From: Octopus vulgaris
Lineage: Eukaryota
Length of the DNA: 64,000 bases
Assembly (NCBI GenBank): GCA_951406725.2
Contig: OX597819.1
Span: 111,724,001-111,788,000 of the forward strand
Reading direction: 5' to 3'
The notes beneath the pieces are model-generated. The model did no database searches and had not been told where the DNA came from. It worked only from the letters and a program-made list of their open reading frames with translations. The stretch's first letter is position 1; every line of letters starts with the position of its first letter. Positions 39,211-52,939 of the stretch are shown here, piece by piece. The translations under genes were made by a program, and so were the position numbers.

Positions 39211-39446
39211 CAGGGTGGCCCAAAAGTTTGGCTTGGATGTATTCAACTATCTCTTTCGCATTCATATATTAACAGTTTAGATCTTAATTGTAAAAAAACA
39301 TGAAACCTTTATTCTATGCTAATTTGATTAATTTTGTTCAGCTCCCTTTTCAGTTTGTAAGCTAGAAGTTTAAATGTAACATAATGTTTTAAAAGAAATT
39401 TAAAGTGCCTACTTGATAACTGTAAACCTACTTTTGGGTCACCTTG
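39211..39446. mobile_element. Tc1/mariner-type MITE (236 bp)
   Basis: TA-CAGGGTGGCCCAAAAGT ... ACTTTTGGGTCACCTTG-TA: 17-bp TIRs with two mismatches. Confidence 0.75.
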
Positions 39447-39856
39447 TACATATGTATATTTGGATGTATGTGTTTGTATAGCTATGTATACATGTATATT
39501 CGTTGCTTTATATATATGCTGTCTACGTGTGTGTATCTACATTTTCAAGCATCATAAAGCAAACACATCACAATGGACAGCCACAAAAAGTCCTCTCATG
39601 ACGTTGCTGGGGTCATTGAGTGCATCGTCATCATCTTTTCCTTCACCTTTTTTCTTTGTTACCTTTTCTACCATTTCCTCCTCCTTCTTATATTTCTTCT
39701 CGTTTTCTACAACTTTTTCCTTCTTCCTCCTCCTCCTCATCATCATCACCTTCTTCTTTTTCTTCTTTTTCTTCTACTACTATTACTTTTCCTTCTTTTT
39801 CCTCTTCATCTGTTTTTTTTGTTTTTATTTTTTACTTCAGCTTAATTCTTTTATAG

Positions 39857-39945
<89 letters not shown>

Positions 39946-39947
<2 letters not shown>

Positions 39948-40352
39948 CGTAGGAGTGGCTGTGTGGTAAATAGCTTGCTTACCAACCACATGGTTCCGAG
40001 TTCAGTCCCACTGCGTGGCACCTTGGGCAAGTGTCTTCTACTTTAGACTCAGGCCGACACAGCCTTGTGAGTGGATTTGGTAGGCGGAAACTGAAAGAAG
40101 CCCGTCGTATATATGTATATATATGTATGTGTGTGTATATGTTTGCATGTCTGTGTTTGTCCCCCTAACATCGCTTGACAACTGATGCTGGTGTATTTAG
40201 GTCCCCGTAACTTAGCGGTTCGGCAAAAGAGTCCGATAGAATAAGTAGTAGGCTTGCAAAGAATAAGTCCTGGGGTCGATTTGATTCGACTAAAAGGCGG
40301 TGCTCCAGCATGACCGTAGTCAAATGACTGAAACAAGTAAAAAAATAAAAGA
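39946..40352 (+). mobile_element. tRNA-derived SINE family B, full length
   Basis: A box (TGGCTGTGTGG), B-box-like GAGTTCAGTCCC, CCTTGGGCAAGTG core, internal microsatellite, GAAACAAGTAAAA tail. Follows (TA)n. Confidence 0.9.
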
Positions 40353-40399
40353 AAAGAATTTTTAAAAAAATATATATATATATATAAAATCTATGTATT

Positions 40400-41495
40400 T
40401 CTTCCAGCTCTATACGTTCTCATTTCGAATGCAGCCGAGGTCAACTTTGCCTTTCATCCTTCCGGGATCGATAAAATAAAATAATAGTCAAGCATTGGGT
40501 CGATGTAATCGACTTCCCTTCTCCTCAAAATTATTGACATTGTTTCCTAATTAGAATTACTTTTAAGAGTAGTAGATTGGCAGAATCGTTAAAGCGTCTG
40601 AAATAATGCTTTGCGATATTCACCCTGGATATTTACATCGTGGATTCAAATCCCAGCGAGGTCAACTATGCTTTTGATCTTTTCAAGTCTATATTATAAA
40701 GTATCAGTCAAATAAAATGGTCAAGGCAAACGACTAGCGCCCTACACTAAGATGACTGACATTGTATCAACATTTCAAACTCGAGGGCAGCAAGCTGGCA
40801 GAATCGTTACCGCATCGGTCAAAATACTTAGCAGTCTTTCTTCAGACTTTTTACGTTCTGAGTTCAAATTCTGCCGATGTCGACTGCTTTTCATCCTTTC
40901 GGGGTCAATAAATTAAGCACCATTCAGACACTGGGGTCGACGAAATCGACTAGCCCCCATCCACCGAAATTTCAGGACTTGTGCCTTTCGTAGAAAGCAT
41001 TATTATTCGCCGGACAAATGTGGTTAGCAGCATTTCTGAGTTAAATTTCCGCCGAGTTCAACTTTGCCTTTCATCCCTTCAGGATCGGTAAAATAAATAT
41101 TATTTGTGCACTGGGGTCGATGTAATCGACTTAATCCTTTCCTCCAAATCTGAGGCCTTGTGCTTCCTGTAGAAAGGATTATTATTATCATTATTATTAT
41201 TATTGTTGTTGTTGTTATCAACATCATTATTAAAGGCGGCGAGCTGGCAGAATCGTTAGCACACCGGGCAAAATGCTTTGCGGTATTTCGTCTGTATTCA
41301 CATTCTGAGTTCGAATGCCGCCGGAGTTGACTTTGCCTTTCATCTTTTCGGGGTCGATAAATTAAGTACCAGTTGCATACTGGGGTTGATCTAATTGACT
41401 ATCCTCCTCCCCAAAATTTCGCACTGGATTCAATGTAATCGACTCATCCCTTCCCCAAAAATTTCAGGCCTCGTGCCTATAGTAGAAAGAATTAT
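40400..41495 (+). mobile_element. Cluster of about five or six same-orientation SINE family A copies
   Basis: Repeated TGGCAGAATCGTTA...GTTCAAAT...GTCGACTTTGCCTTTCATCC units at about 40400, 40570, 40787, 41010 and 41235. Confidence 0.85.
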
Positions 41496-41497
41496 TA

Positions 41498-41537
<40 letters not shown>

Positions 41538-42120
41538 AGATGTCGCACATACTTATTTTGCAGCACCTGTTTCAGTCCTAGACTGTAATATGTACTGTGG
41601 TCAAGTGAATCAAGGGATCACAGTTTACAATTTTGTCCCAGTTGTTTTCAAATTTGGTATATAGATTAAGGTTTGTATACTAATTATGAAAATGAAATTC
41701 ATTTTTTCTTATAAATCCATAATTAAAGATTATTTATCTTTAAAATTAAATCAGAAGCGAGTATTTTACACATCACCGTGGCGAAAATTTCTCTTTTCAT
41801 AGTAACTAAAGCAAAGAAGCACCACGTGTTGCATACCTGATTGTGAAGAACTGTTTCCATAGTAACCAAAGAATGCTGCGATCGCGCACAAGGAGGAGAA
41901 GGAGATACGAGAAAGATAATTTATTTTATAAAATTCTAGTTTAATGTTTTGACATGCCGATGACCTGATGATGGAAGAGGTAGCGAACGTGCTGTTTTCT
42001 GATTAGCTGAAACTTCTGAAAATTATCAAACTTTGAATACCTGTAATATTTTTGCAAAATTTTTTTGGAATAAATGAATAATAAATTCGGATTCAGCGTC
42101 AAAAATTACATCTATATCTC

Positions 42121-42521
42121 TTTCTCTTTACTCTTTTACTTGTTTCAGCCATTTGACTGCGGCCATGCTGGAGCACCACCTTTAGTCGAGCAAATCGACC
42201 CAAGGACTTATTCTTTGTAAGCCCAGTACTTATTCTATCGGTCTCTTTTGCCGAACCGCTAAGTGACGGGAACGTAAACACACCAGCATCGGTTGTCAAG
42301 CAATGCTAGGGGGACAAACACAGACACACAAACACACATATACATATAAACATATATACGACAGGCTTCTTTCAGTTTCCGTCTACCAAATCCACTCACA
42401 AGGCATTGGTCGGCCCGGGACTATAGCAGAAGACACTTGCCCAAGATGCCACGCAGTGGAACTGAACCCGGAACCATGTGGCTGGTTAGCAAGCTACTTA
42501 CCACACAGCCACTCCTGCGCC
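42121..42521 (-). mobile_element. SINE family B, full length
   Basis: Reverse complement of the copy at 39946. Confidence 0.9.
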
Positions 42522-42774
42522 TATGATACATAAATTTTTTTTAAAGATAATTGTAAATAGTAACGAAAACCACAAAGATCCGAATCAACTAATAAACTTT
42601 GAAGGCAGAGCCCCAGCATGGTCGGAGTCCAATACCTGAAACTAGTAAAAAGGTTAACAGAAAAAAATATATCCGAATATGGAAGAAAGAAAAAGATTGA
42701 GAGAGAATGAGTGTATGTATATATGTGTGTGTGTGCATGTGTGTGTGTGTGAGTGTGTGTGTGTTTGTGTGTGT

Positions 42775-42813
<39 letters not shown>

Positions 42814-43212
42814 TATCTACACATTGAAACATATAATAATAATCTAGGAGATTCACAATGGAAAAAAATTTGTAACACCTCCTTACTGACGTCACTGGGG
42901 TCATTCAGTGCACTTTCATCATCTCCTTATCCACTTCTTCCTCTTTTTTTCCATTTATGCCATCGTTTCTTTTCTTCCTCCTTCACAACCATAGTCAGTA
43001 GTAGCACCATTGTCTGTTTGTCCAAATGGATTATCAGCAGTGGCAGCATGGTTAACACTTTAGCTAGTAAAGGTATTGTTGTTTTTATTTGAGTTCAAAT
43101 CTCACCGAAACCATTTTTATTTTTTATACTTCTGAAGTTCATAAATAATATACCAGTCTGCAATTGGGTCGATATCATTTACTAGTTCATCTCCCACAAG
43201 TTTTTAGAAACA

Positions 43213-43254
<42 letters not shown>

Positions 43255-43288
43255 GTTATTATTGTTATTATTATTATTATTGTTATTA

Positions 43289-43351
<63 letters not shown>

Positions 43352-43353
<2 letters not shown>

Positions 43354-46190
43354 CACACAACAGATTAGACTGTTGGGAAAGAAAAATTCCTAATATCGGG
43401 CGACAACAAGGAACCTTAGATGACAAGAGCCTTCCCAAGTATACAAGCTGTCTCTAACAACACTGCTTTCTGGAGCTGTACTAAACTGGGTTTTATGCCT
43501 GTTTCCTCTATTCATCTGTTCAGATCTTTAGTGATAGTTCCCAATGCACCTATAACTACTGGGCTATATTTTACCTGCACTTTTCATAGTCTCTGTAGTT
43601 CAATAGATATGTCCTGGTATTTTGCTATTTTGTCTATACTTCTCATATTAATGTTTTCCTCATTTAGGACAGGAAAATTGATTATCTGTTACTTCTATTC
43701 TCTTTATCTTCTACTATTAAATCAGGCCTTCTAGGTTCTATTATTCTGTCAGTCTGAATATTAAAGTGCCACAACATCTATTTCTTACTTTCTAGTACTT
43801 TACTAGGTTCGTGTTCATATCATTTATCAGCATTTTCGAATCCTAGCTTTCTACACAACTCCCAGTGGATTACTCTCCCTAGGTTGTCATGTCATTTCTT
43901 TATTCTTTCTGTGCCAGCATGTTATATTCACTTAATATATGAGTAACGTTTTCCTCTTTTGATTTGCATAACCTACATTGGGAATCCACTTGGTTTTTGT
44001 CCATCTTGGCTTTTATCCAATTAGTCCTTAGTGCGTGATCTTGTGCAGCTACGAACAAATTTTCTGTCTCCCTTTTCAGCTTTCCTTTCTGCAACCATAA
44101 TCGTGTATCACTGCTAATATTTGTTGCAACTACCTTTGGGAATCTACCATGAAACGCCTTCTCCTGCCAGTTAGATAACTTCTGTTCTTTTTTCTGGTTT
44201 TTAACTTCGTTTGGGTTTTTGGTTTCCCTATGTCTTGCTGTGACTCTAACAGCTTTTAATAAACTTTCTTCACTATTACCAACATAGGAGTCTATATCTA
44301 TTCTAGCTAACTCCACGCAGTCTTCCACTGATATTAACCCCCTTCTGCCTTCCTTTCTAGGTAGGTATAATCTTGCTACTCCTGCCCTTGGGTGGAGTCC
44401 TCCATTCATATTGAATTTCTTCCTAATTCTTCCTTCCAGCTTTGCTAATTCAGTTTTTGTCCAATCTATAAAAGCTGCTGAGTATCTAAGTAATGATAAC
44501 GCCCAAGTATTTACAGCCTTTAATAGATTCGGATCATTTAGCTTTGACTTCATTAGTTTCCTCACCCTTCTGATGTACTCCTCAATTTTCTTTTACATTT
44601 TTATAGCTAGTACTCTCTCAGATTTTAATATTCCTAGGTAATTACAACTCTCTCCTCTTTTCAATGATTTTAATGTCTGGCCATCTGGTAACTGGATGCC
44701 TTCGCTGTTGACTACCTGTCCCTTTCTCATGACTAATATTGAACACTTGTCGATACCAAATTCCATGCCTATATCTTTGCTGAAGAATCTTACAGTCTGT
44801 ATTAAGGAATCTATCTCTTTTTTCATTCTTACTAAAAAGCTTCAGATCATCCGTGTAGAGCAAATGGCTAATGTTTCTCTTATTATTTTTGAACTGATAT
44901 CTTGCCTTTGCTTTCCTTAATACTAAACTGAGGGGGAACAAACATAAGACAAATATTAAAGGGGATAACGAGTCCCCCTGGAAAATTCCTCTCTTGATAT
45001 TAACCTACCCTAAGACTGTGTCACCTGATTTACTTTCAATTTCTCCAAGCTAAAACTAATTTATTCTCTTATGTTGTCTGCTATACTGAATATACACAGA
45101 TATTCACTTATCCATGAGTGTGAAATGATGTCATAGGCTTTCCTATAATCTATCCATGCTATTGTTAGATTTTTCTTTCAAGCTTTTACTTCATTTAGAA
45201 CTGCTTTGTCTTTGTATAATAGATCATGTGTTCCTCTAGCCTTCTTCCTGCAACCTTTCTGTTATTCTGGCAGTAAATTCTGATTATGAAGGTGCTCGTA
45301 AATTCTTCCTGAAAGCATTCTTTTTAACAGCTTCCACACTAATGGTAAGCAATTGATCGGTCTATAATTGTTAGTTGTATTACCCTTGCTTTTATCTTTC
45401 ATAAGGAGTATTGTCCTTCCTTTAGCCATTCAATCTGGTATTATTCCTCCGTTAAGGTAATCCTGAAGTTGTTCTCTCAGCTTCCCATGTAAGCTAAGAA
45501 ATTTCTTTAGCCAGTACCCTTGAATTCAATTTGATGCTAGGCCCTTTCAATTCGCCATTTTTCCCAACACTTTACTCATTAATGCATTAGCTAATCTTAG
45601 ATCTAGCTGCTTCTCACTCAGTTCTTCTTTCACTTTCTTTAACCATACTGCATCTCTATTATTATTAACTGGCTTATCCTAAATATTACTCGAGAACTTT
45701 CTAGCTTCTTCTGCATTAGGTTTCTCATCTTAAGTACTTATTTGATTATAAAATCTCCTCTGGTCTGTCTCAAATAATCTATTCTGTTGATACTGCTCTA
45801 TTCTTTTCTGATATCTGTAGAGCTCACCTGCTACTGCTATGATATGCTGTTTCAACTCTTGTATGACTGTCCCAAATTCTTTCTCTTTGACTAAGAATAT
45901 TTTCTCAAGGAAAGATTTGCATCTTGCATTTCCTAACTTGTACAGTTTCCAGGCTTCTATTCTGCTCAGAACTTCACTTAAGGTCTTCACTTTATTCTGT
46001 AATCTCCTTTTCCACATTTACTCTTTTTTAATCTTTCTTTTATGAATTATCTAATCTTCTAGTAGTAATTTAGTGTTTCCTATATATTTAGTATCTATCC
46101 TTCTAACAGAATCTACTTTCTAGTCATTTCTAGCAGATTCTTTCTGTTGGTACCTTTAAAACTGGCAATCTTTTTCTTACTTCTTTACTC
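43352..46190 (-). mobile_element. R4/Dong-like non-LTR retrotransposon (RT plus C-terminal restriction-like endonuclease), 5'-truncated and decayed
   Basis: GIFQGDSLSPL, ISHLLYTDDLKLF, GMEFGIDKC, YLGI, LHPRAGVARLYLPRKEG, AAQDHALRT, CRLC..E...HI, HD...IHWELC, RRPDLIV. The 3' end runs into (AAT)n at 43214-43350. Confidence 0.9.
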
Positions 46191-46309
46191 ATTATTTCCT
46201 ACAACTTATCTAAAACCTTATCGCATGGAGTCTCATTCCGCGATACTTAACACCGAAGCACCAATCTCAAGAGCCTCACTGTCGACAATAAAGCGGTTTT
46301 GGGAGCATG

Positions 46310-46605
46310 TTCTACCCTTATGTCAATCCCAATTTCTCCAACAAATTTCTCAAACATGGTTGTTCCCACCCTAAGCTGTTTTCCTCTACTTCTACACAAC
46401 CCTGGCAACTGATCAAACCTTTCCCACCCTTTCTTCTAGACAAATACAACCTATCAGTGTCACTGTTGGAATGGAATGCTCCGTGCACTGTCAATATTTT
46501 CCTTGTCTTCATATCCATGCTCTTCAGGTCTTTCTTTTGCCAGTTTATGATTCCAGCTCCATACCAAAGAGTAGCTATCGCCCATGTATTTACTGTTAGG
46601 ATTTC
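46310..46605 (-). mobile_element. Fragment of a second R4/Dong-like family
   Basis: MDMKTRKILTVHGAFHSNSDTDRLYLSRRKGGKGLIS is homologous to, but different from, the motif at ~44400. Confidence 0.75.
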
Positions 46606-46689
46606 ATTTCATTCAGTCAATTTTGAGCGCAACATCTGATTCAGAAAGGATTCGAGCCCTTGTGGCCAATAAAAGAAATTGTTATTATT

Positions 46690-46897
46690 ATTAGCAGAAT
46701 CGTTAACATACCGAGCAAAATGCTTAGCGGCATTTCGACCGACCTTAGTTTCCGAGTTCAAATTCCGCTGAGGTCGATTTTGCCTTTCATCCTTTCGAGG
46801 TCGATAAATCAAGTACCAGTGAAACACTGAGGTCAATGTAATCGACTGGTCCCCTCCTCCTAAATTTCAGACCTTGTTCCTTTAGTAGAAAGGATTA
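46690..46897 (+). mobile_element. SINE family A copy
   Basis: GCAGAATCGTTAAC...GAGTTCAAATTCCGC...GTAGAAAGGATTATT. Confidence 0.8.
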
Positions 46898-46943
46898 TTA
46901 TTATTATTATTATCATTATAATCATCATCATCATCATCATCAT

Positions 46944-46989
<46 letters not shown>

Positions 46990-47517
46990 GGTGGTGGTGG
47001 TGGTGGTGGCGGCGGCGGCGGTGGTAGTGGTGGTGGTGGTAGTGGTGGTGCTGATGGGGTGGTTGTGGTGATGGGGGTGGTTGTGATGGTGGTAGAAGTA
47101 TGTTCGTTTGCTATTTTTGTTGTTGTTTTAGTTGTAGTATTGTAATTTTTTTTCGGACACTGTGACCTACGTAGCTGGAGATGGTGGTGGTGGAGACGGC
47201 AGTGTTGATGATGTTTTGACCAACTCCACCTTTCTTCCATTAACACCATTGTTCACGTGAGTTATTTTGACCACATTATTATGTCCAACAGGTAAAAATT
47301 TCTCTCTCTCCCCCTCTTACACTTGTTTTTAAGCCATGACCATATGCACTCAGTAACCCTTCGCATTAGCTTAGCTTATATAGGTATGATCACACACACA
47401 CACACGCACACATATATCCATACACACATACACATATATATATGCATACAAACATACATGCACACAAACACGCGAATATATAAAACACATACATATATAC
47501 ATATATACATACATGCA

Positions 47518-47553
<36 letters not shown>

Positions 47554-47704
47554 CATATATATACATATATATGTATACATATATATATGCACACAAATAT
47601 ATACATGTATTTATAAATATATATATGTATGTATATATGTACACATATATATAGTATATATATATGCACACATACGCACATACACACACATATGGGGTAC
47701 CACC

Positions 47705-47748
<44 letters not shown>

Positions 47749-48489
47749 ATGTGTGTATGTATTTATATATATGTATGTTCTTTTACCTTTTACTTGTTTC
47801 AGTCATTAGACGGCGGCCATGCTGGAGCAGTGCCTTCACATATACCGCATTTATGCAGACAAATAAAATATATATATACCATATGTATTTCTGTATATAT
47901 ACGCACACACGCACACACATTCACACACATACGCACACAACTACACATAAATACATTGAAGTAAGACAGGTATCTGAATGTGTGGGGGTTGTCAATGTGG
48001 AATGCGTGTCCAGCGAATATGTTTAGCGATATGCTGATGGGTGGGGGAATAGCAGCCCCCGTGGTGTGGTGTGCCGTTGTGTGGCGATAATCGGTAGGTA
48101 TTTGTATGCGCAAGCAGATTATCATTAACTGACCAAAACCGTTGCTCTTTGGCCGTTGGCTAAAGAGCGCTTTATGGTTCATGTCCAGTGTTATTAAGAT
48201 GCATTATTTTCTTGTGACAGCGTATTGTTATCTGCTGGGTGAGTGAGGCGTTATCTCGTGAGGCGTATATGAGTGTATGTATACTATAATACACATATAC
48301 ATATGTAAGTGTGTCTGTGTACGTCTGTGTGTATGTGTGTGTGTGCATGTTTGTGTGTGTGTGTGTGTGATCGGCTTCAAAAAGTTGTTTAGACATTAAA
48401 ATATTTTCATAATTTTCATAACATGAAACAAATGTTTGCCTTAATTTACAAATAAAAAAATTTACGTATGTACGTATATATATTCTTTC

Positions 48490-48777
48490 ATTTGACGGTA
48501 GCCATGCTGGAGCACTACTTTTTGTCGAACCGCTAGGTTACGGGGACGTAAACAAACCAGTCACACAAACATATGCACATGCATATATATACGCACACAC
48601 GTATATATATATACGATGGGCTTCTTTCAGTTTCCGTCTACTAAATCCACTCACAAGGCTTTGGTCGGCTCGAGGCAATAGTAGAAGACACTTACCCAAG
48701 ATACCACGCAGTGGGACTAAACCTGGAACCATGTAGTTGGTAAGCAAGCTACTTACCACACATCCACTCCTGCGCCT
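48490..48777 (-). mobile_element. SINE family B copy with internal deletions
   Basis: Head ends ...CCACTCCTGCGCC next to (TA)n. Confidence 0.8.
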
Positions 48778-48781
48778 ATAA

Positions 48782-48854
<73 letters not shown>

Positions 48855-48901
48855 TTTGCTCCTCTGCGAAGGATTTTTATTTAATTCCTTCGCAGGAAGG
48901 A

Positions 48902-48975
48902 CTAGTTCAACGAGACGTGTCCTGTCCTACCTTCGAAACACGCTGGAGTTGAACTAGGGACAGCTGATGAAGGGG
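48902..48975 (+). ncRNA. Candidate non-circularly permuted hammerhead ribozyme
   Basis: CGTG-TC-CTGTCC (48916-48927), CCTTC-GAAA-CACG (48930-48942) and GGACAG-CTGATGA-AGGGG (48958-48975), plus a 10-bp helix CTAGTTCAAC/GTTGAACTAG. Confidence 0.65.
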
Positions 48976-49283
48976 ATTTTTCCTGTGTAGTTTGTCTTGT
49001 ACCCTGTTTTTTCGTTGTTTAAAAATTGGTCCGTTCCCTGCTTGTTTTTACTTTTTCGTTTTCGTTTTTCGTTTCTCGTTTAGTTCTACGTCTAATTGTG
49101 GTGTCCTGTACTCACGTATATATATTTATATATGCATGTATATATACATGTAGATGTAGGTACGTACATATATGTATGTATGTATGCATATATTTAATTT
49201 ATTACACTATTGTATGACTGAGCGCCCTCGCGTCGATTCGATTCGATTCGTTTCGTTTCGTTTCGTTTCTTCTTCTTCTAAGC

Positions 49284-49348
<65 letters not shown>

Positions 49349-49384
49349 TTGAAAACACAACACAAAATAAACTAACGGTATATC

Positions 49385-49474
49385 TTCTCTACCATCTGAT
49401 GAGATTTTGATTAATACAATGCTTTAATTAGTGTAATTTAATCTTTAACCTAAATTGAAACAGCTGTAAGAGAA
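49385..49474 (+). ncRNA. Hammerhead-like motif with long stem II and disrupted stem I
   Basis: CTGATGA (49396-49402) ... GAAA-CAGCTG-TA (49457-49468) with palindromic ACAGCTGT. TTCTCT/AGAGAA pair only if 5 nt are bulged. Confidence 0.45.
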
Positions 49475-49983
49475 CACGTCGGATTTTTTGCAGTTAATAA
49501 ATTATATTAATGCTGCATCTCCATTTTCTAAATTTTCTTTTGAATATTTATAAACCAACGATTTATATTTAGACTTATTATGTTATTAATATTACTCTTC
49601 ACAAAAAGTACTGCACTATGAACCAGTAATTCATTGGATATTATTATCCCTTAATGAGGCTATTTTAACCTCTGATTATATATATATATTGGCTCTGATT
49701 ATATATATATTCATAGGCTGGGATTTCGTTATTTTCTTCGTTTTTTGCCATATACAGGTTACAAATTCTGTTTGTTTGTGGAGACTTTTTATTAGTAGGA
49801 GAAATAGTGATCAATTTGGCTGCTATTTCTAACATTTTCGGTATGTGGTTTTGAGCAACTTGTTGCAATTAACCCTTAATTATAATTATTATAAACCTTA
49901 CCAAATATGGTCTATTCCATACCGATAAATCTACTAGGTGAAATTTATTAATTTTATTAAATTAATTATATTCCACACTTTTT

Positions 49984-50066
<83 letters not shown>

Positions 50067-50319
50067 AGAGACAGACAGACAGACAGAGACAGACAGACAG
50101 ACAGACAGAGACAGAAAGAGAGGGGGGAGAGAGATAGATAGATAGATTAAAAGGAAAATTCTTCCGGCAAAGAAACGGTAACAACACAGCTCAATTAATT
50201 TATGACTATCAGCCAGTGTCTTTGTCAACTGACACCATAACCATTCCTTCCTTTAGAGCAGTGGTTCTCAAACTTGGCATAAAATTTTACGTGCCGGTCC
50301 CCTTACAGTTTTTTCGACG

Positions 50320-50742
<423 letters not shown>

Positions 50743-50743
50743 C

Positions 50744-50804
<61 letters not shown>

Positions 50805-51511
50805 TACTCTGTCCTTCTAGTGACAAGTAACCATTGTAATTATCAAGTCATCTACTCCTAAAATTGTTTTTAATTTTAATCTGTATTTTCTCTCAAAAAA
50901 AGATATTTCCTTCTCCACCCTCTTTCAAGGGGTCAATGAGTGCACTTACCTAAAATCACTAGCTTAAGGGAATTATATCGTCCTCTGTGATTGGAAATGG
51001 TGGCTGTGAGGGAGGTGTTAGAGAGGATGATGGAGGTTATAGTGATAGTATTGTTGGTTGCGGTGTGGTCGGAGTGACGTCGCTGGTTGATAATTGTGCC
51101 GGCGGCGGTCGTGGGGCTGTAGTAATGACAGCGATCGTGGGGTAGATGCTCGTGATCGGGTTGTGGAGGTGGTGATGAAGATGATAGCAGTAATATTGTT
51201 TTCATTGTTGGTGCTACTTGTTGTGGTGATATGGTGATGATGGTTGAGTTGTTGTTGTTGTTCTTGCTAGTGATGGTAGAAGTGATGTTGGTACTGATGG
51301 TAGTGATGGTAGTGGTTGGTTGTGGTGGTGCTACTGATGGTGGTCATGTTAGTGATGTGTTTGATGATAGTGATGATAATACCAATGGTGTTAACTATTG
51401 AATTGTAGTTGTGATTTTACTGCTGACTGTGGTGGTGGTGGTGGCGGCGGTGGTGGCGGCGCTGGTGGTGGTGGTGGTGGTGGTGGTGGTGGTGGTGACG
51501 GTGGTGGTGGT

Positions 51512-52270
51512 GGCTTTTGACATATCCAAATTGAACAGAGCCCCACCAATGTCAGATTTGCTATCCATTCCCTCTAAGATGTAATGCATAAAGTGGAGGT
51601 TGTCATCGGTGGATCTATTGGAGATCGCACACGTTTAAGCTTCTGCAGAACCGTCCATGACAAGTGCCAACCTCTTTGCTGACACTTTGGCCAAAATTTT
51701 AAACACGGCATTTAGCAGGTTTATGAGCCAGAAATTGTCTGTAGTATCCCCTGTGTTGGCGTCCTCCCTCAACAATGTTAACACGCCTCAGCTCAAGGCC
51801 TAGGAATTCTCCCGTTTTTCTGCCAGTTGTGATAACCGTTTGCTCAGGGCTCATCAAACAGCTCTAACCATGAAACTCATAGTGCTGACTATCATCCAAA
51901 GCCGTCGACTTGTCTCTTACGAAACCACTCAATACTTTTCATATCTCAGTAGTTATTATTGGCCTTTCGCCTTGCATCCGTTGTGGTAGGCACTGAAGGC
52001 CATACTTCTTTGTGAGCTATCACTTTCTCTGAGGAGTTGCGCAAATTGCTGCTGGAATACGGCACACATTCGACACGCACATTATGCACCCAACCTAATC
52101 TGTCAGGGACTGAATTGTGGCCTCACGTGTCTGCCACGAGAACCTATCAAATCGCTTTCGTTCCTTCCTGCTTTAGCGCACCAGCTCTAGCCCTAAAATG
52201 CAGCCTTTGTGTTTCCCATTGAGGAAATGATCGAGGACCATTCTTTCCACAAGCACGTTGGTTGCGATGC
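51512..52270 (-). mobile_element. Tx1/L1-like LINE reverse-transcriptase fragment
   Basis: DNFWLINLLNAVFKILAKVSAKRL...DDNLHFMHYIL...GGALFNLDMSKA, homologous to the end of the 14.2-15.7 kb element. Confidence 0.75.
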
Positions 52271-52274
52271 CAAT

Positions 52275-52648
52275 CCATTCTACTATACGCACACGGCCTA
52301 AAGTTTTGGGGAGATGAGCTAATCGATTACATCGACCTCGAAAGGATGAAAAGCAAAGAAAAGATGGACGAAACGCCGCTAAGCATTTTGTCCGGCGTGC
52401 TAAGTATTCTGCCAGCTCACCGCCTCAATAATAATAACAATAACCCTTTCTACTAAGGTCACATTTTAGGGGAGGGGACCAGTTGATTACATCGACCCAG
52501 TGTTTCACTGGTACTTAATTTATCGACTCCGAAAGAACGAAAGGCAAAGTCGACCTCGACGGAATTTGAACACAGAACATAGCGACGGGCGAAATACCGC
52601 TAAGCATTTTGCACGGCGTGCCAACGATTCAGCCAGCTCGCTGGCTTC

Positions 52649-52694
<46 letters not shown>

Positions 52695-52871
52695 GTTTCA
52701 AATTTTGACACAAGACCAGCAAGTTCAGGGAAGGATTAAGTTGATTATATCGACCCCAGTGTCAAACTGGTACTTATTTTATCGACCCCGAAAAAAAATG
52801 AAAGGCAAAGTCGACCTCAGTGGAATTTGAACCCCGAACGGCGTATTAATGATTCTGCCAGCTTGCTGCCT

Positions 52872-52939
<68 letters not shown>

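Noticed and set aside
41965-42020. CTGATGA...GAAAC hammerhead candidate
   Set aside because: No convincing stem I or III and no correctly placed UH.
47960-48270. Possible conserved non-coding element with TAAT/TTTATGG motifs
   Set aside because: Such short motifs are expected by chance, and conservation cannot be assessed from one sequence.
50258-50305. hAT-like terminus CAGTGGTTCTCAAACT
   Set aside because: No matching opposite end or 8-bp TSD found.
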